This document shows, piece by piece, positions 58,378-64,000 of a stretch of 64,000 nt of DNA. Below the pieces are notes generated by a model that was not told the DNA's origin, did no database searches, and saw only the letters and a program-made list of their open reading frames with translations. A program made the translations under genes and the position numbers. Positions within the stretch are counted from its first letter, which is position 1, and each line of letters starts with the position of its first letter. Origin of the DNA: a virus; IMG/VR virus record IMGVR_UViG_3300033146_004128, positions 64,001-128,000 of that record. The stretch is one strand, 5' to 3'.

Positions 58378-59609
58378 TGAAAATATCTATGCCAGCAAGA
58401 ACTGCCCACTTCAAGAGTGGAATACTGTTCTTTAACTTAAAAAACAGCAGACACAATATAGTTGATGAAGACATACAGTCTGGATATGATTTGTGCTTCG
58501 TCCTTGATAAACATTCCGTGTATGTCAATATAGACCCAGGACTTGAGTTTGGAGTTCTTGAATCTGACACAGGTGAAATGTACGGGCCATATTCAAGTTA
58601 TATGTCTGTGGTATCATTGCATTTATTTGGACAGTATGACAACCTTATAAAGTTTCTAAGAGAGAGTTTCGTTCTCAATAATGATATAGGTGCATATCAA
58701 TTCATTTTTGGTTCTTTTAGATATACAAGAGGACTGTATGAGTTTACAGAAGACACTCCTGTTACGGCAAGAAGACTAGCAGAGTTTATACCTCCAATGT
58801 ATGAGAGATTCGAGTATGAGTTTGAGCCTCATACGTATTTTGCTGACGGGTCCATAGAGATGTTCCTGAACAAGCTAAACATTATGTTCAATGAAGGAAA
58901 CTTTGCGGAAGAGAAAAGAGAGACTGAGAATTTCCTAATGGGCTCAGTAGAGAGGTCTTCTGGATATGGCGTTCGGAAGGAGAATGGAAAATCATTCATG
59001 GTAGCAAATCTTTCACACAGAAGACACTCTGTATTTTTTGCACCTTTCAGGATGCCAGTAGAGTATATATCGTTCTTGAGTGACGGATCTCAAAAAGCAG
59101 AGGATGTCATGTATGAGTATATTACAAGCGCAGAGATAGAGACAGTTGATAATGATGCAGATGTAGAATATTACTCGGATGTATATGGTGTAGATATAGC
59201 AAGTAAAACAGTAGATATGGCAACATACTCTCTATTTGAAGATATAGTATTTGTATTGACACCTTTTGATGACCCGTCCGAAGTATATATATTCGTAAAG
59301 ACTTCTGACTTTGGAATAGTTACAATAGGTTTTGATCCGCTTAGAAAAAGGTTCACAATTTTTGGAGATGATAAAATTGCAGATATAAGCTCTGGAATGA
59401 CAAATGCCAACGTTTTAGTTGATGGCACAACATTGAAGTTTGCATATGACTCAGATATAGATGGTGTAGTTGCCAACAATGACCTAGCAATCAGAATATC
59501 TGACACAGAGTTTAGTCTTGACTGTAATAAAAATAGAGCGTACACAACACTAGGCAACGTGCTTGCTGCCACATATGTTGGTGACTTGCTCAACAATATA
59601 TTCGTATAG
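58377..59609 (+). CDS. Hypothetical protein (unassigned block)
   Basis: 410 aa ORF with TAATG coupling. Confidence 0.65.
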   Translation: MKISMPARTAHFKSGILFFNLKNSRHNIVDEDIQSGYDLCFVLDKHSVYVNIDPGLEFGVLESDTGEMYGPYSSYMSVVSLHLFGQYDNLIKFLRESFVLNNDIGAYQFIFGSFRYTRGLYEFTEDTPVTARRLAEFIPPMYERFEYEFEPHTYFADGSIEMFLNKLNIMFNEGNFAEEKRETENFLMGSVERSSGYGVRKENGKSFMVANLSHRRHSVFFAPFRMPVEYISFLSDGSQKAEDVMYEYITSAEIETVDNDADVEYYSDVYGVDIASKTVDMATYSLFEDIVFVLTPFDDPSEVYIFVKTSDFGIVTIGFDPLRKRFTIFGDDKIADISSGMTNANVLVDGTTLKFAYDSDIDGVVANNDLAIRISDTEFSLDCNKNRAYTTLGNVLAATYVGDLLNNIFV

Positions 59610-59617
59610 GAGACATA

Positions 59618-60511
59618 ATGAAATATTATAATGAGGCAACTGCAGAGATTGTCTCTTCAACCGAAGAGAGAGATGGGGTTATACCTATAGAAAAAAAGAT
59701 ATTGAGCAGTATAAAGTGCAAAATAGATCCTATAAGTGGGGACAGCCTAACAATATTTAATGAGGATTTAACAAAGAACTATAAGGTTACATTACAGTAT
59801 GATGGGGATACACGTTTCCTGGCAGAGAATGGATATCCTGATCCTGTAGAGCTAATTAGAGAGCCATGCTACAGGGAGCCTGACATAGATGCACTTAAGG
59901 TATCGTGGTGTGATGATGTGTCTATGAGCAAAGTTAAGCTTAAAACAGGGACAGAAAGAAAACCTATAGGCAGATCATATCTTGACTCAAGCAGTACGTT
60001 TATGGCATATAGCGTATCTTTTGTTGTATATACAGGAGAAAGATATAACCTGTTTGAATCTCAAAACATTGTAGTGTTCGTAGATAGAGGAAAATTATAT
60101 ATAAATGACACAGAGCTTATGGATGTTAGGCTTGGTGAAAAAACAATATTTACTATACTTAGATATCCTTACTACAACACGTATGGAGCATATTCCACGA
60201 GGAACCATATTGCGTCCATTATCCTTGTTGACAAGTTTGCACTTGCTCTCCATCTTGATGGATCACAGAACTATAAAGATGCATTTGTAAACACTGGAGA
60301 AGATGGATTCGAGGTTTATGACTCGAATGTGTACAGGATAGATAGAGAGGTTGACGGACATGGAGTAACTCCCTACTACTTAAGAAGATATGCGTATACT
60401 GCCGAGGGTGTGTATCAGGATACTCTCATTAGTCAGCACTTTAGCAGTATGCTTCAGGCGAAGAGAGCACCATGTAAAATACTTAAAGAAATGAGAGGTG
60501 AATGCAAATGA
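59618..60511 (+). CDS. Hypothetical protein (unassigned block)
   Basis: 297 aa ORF with AGGAG RBS. Confidence 0.65.
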   Translation: MKYYNEATAEIVSSTEERDGVIPIEKKILSSIKCKIDPISGDSLTIFNEDLTKNYKVTLQYDGDTRFLAENGYPDPVELIREPCYREPDIDALKVSWCDDVSMSKVKLKTGTERKPIGRSYLDSSSTFMAYSVSFVVYTGERYNLFESQNIVVFVDRGKLYINDTELMDVRLGEKTIFTILRYPYYNTYGAYSTRNHIASIILVDKFALALHLDGSQNYKDAFVNTGEDGFEVYDSNVYRIDREVDGHGVTPYYLRRYAYTAEGVYQDTLISQHFSSMLQAKRAPCKILKEMRGECK

Positions 60512-61782
60512 TAAACATGAAGGAAGTTTTTTACTCAAAAATAGGAAACCATTCTATGGGTAGAGAGATTGTATATAAGGTATACTTCGGGAGTATAGAC
60601 CCACAGTTCTACTTTGCTGCATATGTTATTCCAAGAGGAGAATCTTATGACATGTTTTACATCCCACAGGTGAACAATATTGCCGACAATGGGATTATTG
60701 ATATGTCCGAAGACAGCTCCACATCAAGAATGAATATTCAATATGGAGAGCCTGTAGAAATTCTCCTAACAAACCCTTTTGTTGAAGGAAGAGGATCTAT
60801 TGTTAGTGTATCTGTATCTATAGATGAGAGTCCCGTTGCAGTAAACACCAGCAGTCTTACCCAATTTAACCTAGACGATGCAAGGGCTATAACAAGAGAA
60901 GCCATACAGCCATTGATAGACGCAAAGATGTATCTACTTGCCAATATTGCAATGATAGAGGTTGAGACCAAGCTCAGAAACATATTGGAATCTTCCGTAG
61001 GCGTTAATCAGGATACTGCAATACCTACAATCCTGAGAAGTGTTCTAGCAGTAAAGAAAATTTTCATAGACAACCTACCTGATGGGATGCCTGAAGAAGA
61101 CGAAGAGATGTTCTATATGCTGTATGTGCGAATGCTAAATGTATCTCCAGACTCGAATAATATACCTAGTATATTTGCAAAGGGGATACTGTTTGCAAAT
61201 ATGATGTACTCAGAGGGAATGACGGCACACTTGATACCATATGAAATACTGTTCAGACTAATGATAGATTGGTCAAAAGAATATAGGCCAGAGTACGTGT
61301 ATCTACTAAAGCAAGCATCAGACAATATTGAGATAAAGAGAACCATATCTGTAAACCTGTCTACCATGGAGGATCAGTCTAAGGTATATGAGCTTCTCAA
61401 TAAGACTCAAGAGTTCGTGTACTTGACGAATATAAGGTTCACAAATATGGATAACGGGGAGTATAAGGACTTCAGAATAAACAATGAGTACTTCGAAAAC
61501 TACATAAAGACCACAGACAGATGTATAGAGCAAAAGGGAATACCGTCAGAAGATGGTACAATTACGATACAATACGGATATGGAACAGATTGCGATAGCT
61601 TCATAGGGCTAACATCGACAGACAATCAAAATGTAAAGCGTGGTGTTAGGCGTGACGATAAGATTATTGATAATGAGTTCAAGACGGCAAGAACATGGCA
61701 ATGGGTCAATGACGAGATCATCCAGATAGAGGGTGATGTTACTACAGCAGGAACGATAGCTGTTGAATTTACAGGAGTATAG
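60508..61782 (+). CDS. Hypothetical protein (unassigned block)
   Basis: ORF track 60502-61782. ATG 60508 (ATGA overlap, GAGGTG RBS) is preferred. Confidence 0.65.
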   Translation: MINMKEVFYSKIGNHSMGREIVYKVYFGSIDPQFYFAAYVIPRGESYDMFYIPQVNNIADNGIIDMSEDSSTSRMNIQYGEPVEILLTNPFVEGRGSIVSVSVSIDESPVAVNTSSLTQFNLDDARAITREAIQPLIDAKMYLLANIAMIEVETKLRNILESSVGVNQDTAIPTILRSVLAVKKIFIDNLPDGMPEEDEEMFYMLYVRMLNVSPDSNNIPSIFAKGILFANMMYSEGMTAHLIPYEILFRLMIDWSKEYRPEYVYLLKQASDNIEIKRTISVNLSTMEDQSKVYELLNKTQEFVYLTNIRFTNMDNGEYKDFRINNEYFENYIKTTDRCIEQKGIPSEDGTITIQYGYGTDCDSFIGLTSTDNQNVKRGVRRDDKIIDNEFKTARTWQWVNDEIIQIEGDVTTAGTIAVEFTGV

Positions 61783-62496
61783 ATGAATAATATTATGCAT
61801 GATTTCAGTGGGAAGATATCAGCTACAATGAATGCGCTAGACAAGGATGCAACCTTGTATGCAATGGCTTCAAGAGCAGAAATGCCTGCCATACTAGCGT
61901 TCTATGGAGCATGCATGATCGTAGGTAGAGACATTCTTGAATATGAGAACGAAACTATACAATATCTTCTCCTTGAGAAGAGGACTGCACCATCAATAGT
62001 CCAGAAGGCAATAATGGTAAAAAGTCTGATCTCAAACATGGATGGTGTATTGACTGTGCCTGAGTATTTAAACATTGCTGCAGATGTACTATGTGATGAT
62101 GATGTAGAGACTGGGATCATTGATTATGTAGAGCCGGCAAAGTTGATATGGACTATAATCATGCTTATGGCCATTTATAATGCTGACAATATACCCATTG
62201 ATGGGGATGCGCTAAGATATGTAGTTGCATGCCTTAAATCAGATGGCTGGACAATGCCTCCATATTTACTTAACGTAGACAAGGTTGCAACATACTTTGA
62301 ATATTATGATGAGGAATACTATAAGTCCATAATGTGTGAGGAGAATGAACTACTTATGGTGTGCGGGACAAATACTGACAGAGATATGGTTGATGCAAAA
62401 TCAAACTTCATGGAAATGCATAAGCCACTATTCCAATATCTTCATCTAAAATCTGCAGAACTTCAAAGAGAAACAAAAGATCTTAGGGTTAAATAA
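61783..62496 (+). CDS. Helical hypothetical protein coupled to the terminase gene
   Basis: 237 aa, acidic; its stop TAA overlaps the terminase ATG. Confidence 0.65.
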   Translation: MNNIMHDFSGKISATMNALDKDATLYAMASRAEMPAILAFYGACMIVGRDILEYENETIQYLLLEKRTAPSIVQKAIMVKSLISNMDGVLTVPEYLNIAADVLCDDDVETGIIDYVEPAKLIWTIIMLMAIYNADNIPIDGDALRYVVACLKSDGWTMPPYLLNVDKVATYFEYYDEEYYKSIMCEENELLMVCGTNTDRDMVDAKSNFMEMHKPLFQYLHLKSAELQRETKDLRVK

Positions 62497-64000
62497 TGAG
62501 GACTGACACTAGGGTATCATTCCTTATTGACAAGTATGCCCAGATAGATGGCAAGAAGATGGACTTCGACAAGTATGATGCCTTTAGGCTACCGTACGAA
62601 GTTGATGAAAGAAAGATGATGGTTACTGCCGGTAGACAGGTCGGAAAGACAGTATACCTTGCAGCTAAGATATCAGCCAAGTCCATAATAAGAAAATCAA
62701 ACAGAGCTGTGTATGTTGCCCCACTTGAAGCACAGACAAAATCTTTCTCAAAAACAAAACTGCAAAAAATTATCGATGATACACCTCAGTTTAAGGCAGT
62801 ATATACAGGAAGTGATGCGCAGAGTGATGTTTTCTTCAAGAAGAATATACTTGGAAGCTATGTAGAGCTTACGTATGCATCACTATCTGGAATGGACCCC
62901 GTGCGTGTACGTGGTAAGTCAGCAGATGACTTGTATATTGATGAAGCACAGGATATTGACTACGACATACTTCCTGCGATAGAAGAGGTAACTACATCAT
63001 CAAGTCAGCCAGTAATAACATATACAGGTACAGCAAAGAGTCTGGAGAATACTACCGGTGTAATATGGGAGAGATCCACAAAGATGGAGAGAATGATAAG
63101 ATGTACGTCTTGTCACAAGCTAAACAATCTAGGGTACTCAAATGTTACAAAAGAAGGTCTGGTATGTAACAATATGAAATGCAGAAAGCGACTCGATGTT
63201 GCAAATGCAGAATGGATGATGACCGGGGACAAGCATGCAAACTATGTTGCATTTAGGATCCCTCAGATATGTCTACCATTCCATAATGAGCCAGAGAAGT
63301 GGCAGGCAGTATGGTCTAAGTACGAAGAATACCCTCCTGACAAATTCAACCAAGAGGTTCTTGGGATACCAAGTGGAGCGTCTGATAGGTTCCTTACTCT
63401 AGACAAGATGAAGAAGTTGTGTACCGGTGGTAGAATGACATATACTCCAGACAGGGAGTTTATGTCAAGATATCATGGATTCTTTATGGGTATCGACTGG
63501 ACCGGTGATGGTCTTTTGCAAAAATCTAGGACCGTTGCTGTAATAATTGGTCATAGACGTGATGGCAAGATGGAAATGGTTTGGGGAAAAATATTCCCTC
63601 CAGGTAATGCAAACCATCAGGCAGAGGATCTAATAAAACAAGCTCAACTATTTCAGTGTACCATTGTCGGAGCAGATGCCGGTATGGGAATGATACAGAA
63701 TGCTGACATGATGCAGAGCCTTGGCAATAATAGATTCAGACAGATACAATATGTTGCAAGCAATGATGGATTCTCATATGAGATTGATAAGAACATGATT
63801 AGACTAGGCAAGACACAAGCGATAGATACGGTAATGAGTATGTTTGTAGGAAAGTTTTTTCCAAGGCCTCTCAATGGAGGGAAGAAGCTAGAGTTCATAA
63901 TGCCTGACTATGATGACTCTAGGTTTTTCGTAGAGGATATACTTGCTGAGTTTGAACAGGAAACACGACAAGGTAAGAAAATGTGGACTCATAGTAATAT
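62496..64000 (+). CDS. terL: Terminase large subunit (GpA-like), 3'-truncated by the window edge; absent from the supplied ORF track
   Basis: Hand translation from ATG 62496 is open to the end: Walker A AGRQVGKT, VRVRGKSADDLYIDEAQD (Walker B), TYTGTAKS coupling motif, CTSC...CNNMKC Zn-like pairs, FNQEVLG, nuclease FMGIDW and IVGADAG. Confidence 0.92.
   Translation, partial: MRTDTRVSFLIDKYAQIDGKKMDFDKYDAFRLPYEVDERKMMVTAGRQVGKTVYLAAKISAKSIIRKSNRAVYVAPLEAQTKSFSKTKLQKIIDDTPQFKAVYTGSDAQSDVFFKKNILGSYVELTYASLSGMDPVRVRGKSADDLYIDEAQDIDYDILPAIEEVTTSSSQPVITYTGTAKSLENTTGVIWERSTKMERMIRCTSCHKLNNLGYSNVTKEGLVCNNMKCRKRLDVANAEWMMTGDKHANYVAFRIPQICLPFHNEPEKWQAVWSKYEEYPPDKFNQEVLGIPSGASDRFLTLDKMKKLCTGGRMTYTPDREFMSRYHGFFMGIDWTGDGLLQKSRTVAVIIGHRRDGKMEMVWGKIFPPGNANHQAEDLIKQAQLFQCTIVGADAGMGMIQNADMMQSLGNNRFRQIQYVASNDGFSYEIDKNMIRLGKTQAIDTVMSMFVGKFFPRPLNGGKKLEFIMPDYDDSRFFVEDILAEFEQETRQGKKMWTHSN

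Noticed and set aside
3126-60290. Short alternative-frame + strand ORFs (3126-3350, 4533-4769, 7484-7975, 40426-40614, 60105-60290)
   Set aside because: Fully nested in well-supported genes, with no RBS or protein-like features.
61200-61320. Baseplate wedge (P2 gpI-like) resemblance in LFRLMIDWSKEYRPEY
   Set aside because: Similarity to the KPAH-type motif is too weak to support a call without a profile search.
861-63898. Numerous minus-strand ORFs of 60-199 aa (for example 21977-22522, 35038-35631, 40484-41083)
   Set aside because: All lie antisense to longer + strand genes, are S/L/F/I-rich mirror translations of purine-rich coding DNA, and lack RBS or motifs.
1-64000. Stop-codon reassignment (as in some large phages)
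   Set aside because: Genes tile the window almost without gaps under the standard code, and TAA, TAG and TGA all end genes at junctions with coupled starts.
1-64000. tRNA, rRNA, CRISPR array, integrase or IS element
   Set aside because: Intergenic gaps are under 100 nt. No cloverleaf, repeat-spacer pattern or recombinase/transposase motif was seen; the only repeats are coding.
26579-64000. Inteins or introns in the RNAP or terminase
   Set aside because: Conserved motifs follow at normal or shortened spacing, with no C/S...HN splice pattern or LAGLIDADG/HNH insert noticed.

Overview
This 64 kb window is a segment of a large tailed dsDNA bacteriophage (jumbo-phage-like). It is densely coding, all convincing genes lie on the + strand, many are translationally coupled, and the standard genetic code fits. 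Recognisable core genes are a portal (6106-7935), a probable head-tail adaptor (22761-23207), a GpA-like large terminase running off the right edge (62496->64000), a VRR-NUC nuclease, and a 1415-aa two-barrel RNA polymerase in which a complete beta-like chain is fused to only the N-terminal catalytic half of beta'. The left end encodes basic glycine-zipper proteins and an 802-aa protein punctuated by K-x-A-S/A motifs, plus a HExxH metallopeptidase. The 11-21 kb region holds paralogous fibre-like proteins interleaved with a Stealth-like phosphotransferase, a GT2 glycosyltransferase and a radical SAM enzyme, and a three-gene operon with a histidine kinase and a stand-alone receiver protein. About 31 kb (30.9-62.5 kb) is a block of large acidic proteins I cannot assign. 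Intergenic gaps repeatedly contain sigma70-type extended -10 elements (TGnTATAAT) without a clear -35. No tRNA, rRNA, CRISPR array, integrase or major capsid protein was recognised. All assignments are motif recognition by eye; no searches were run.
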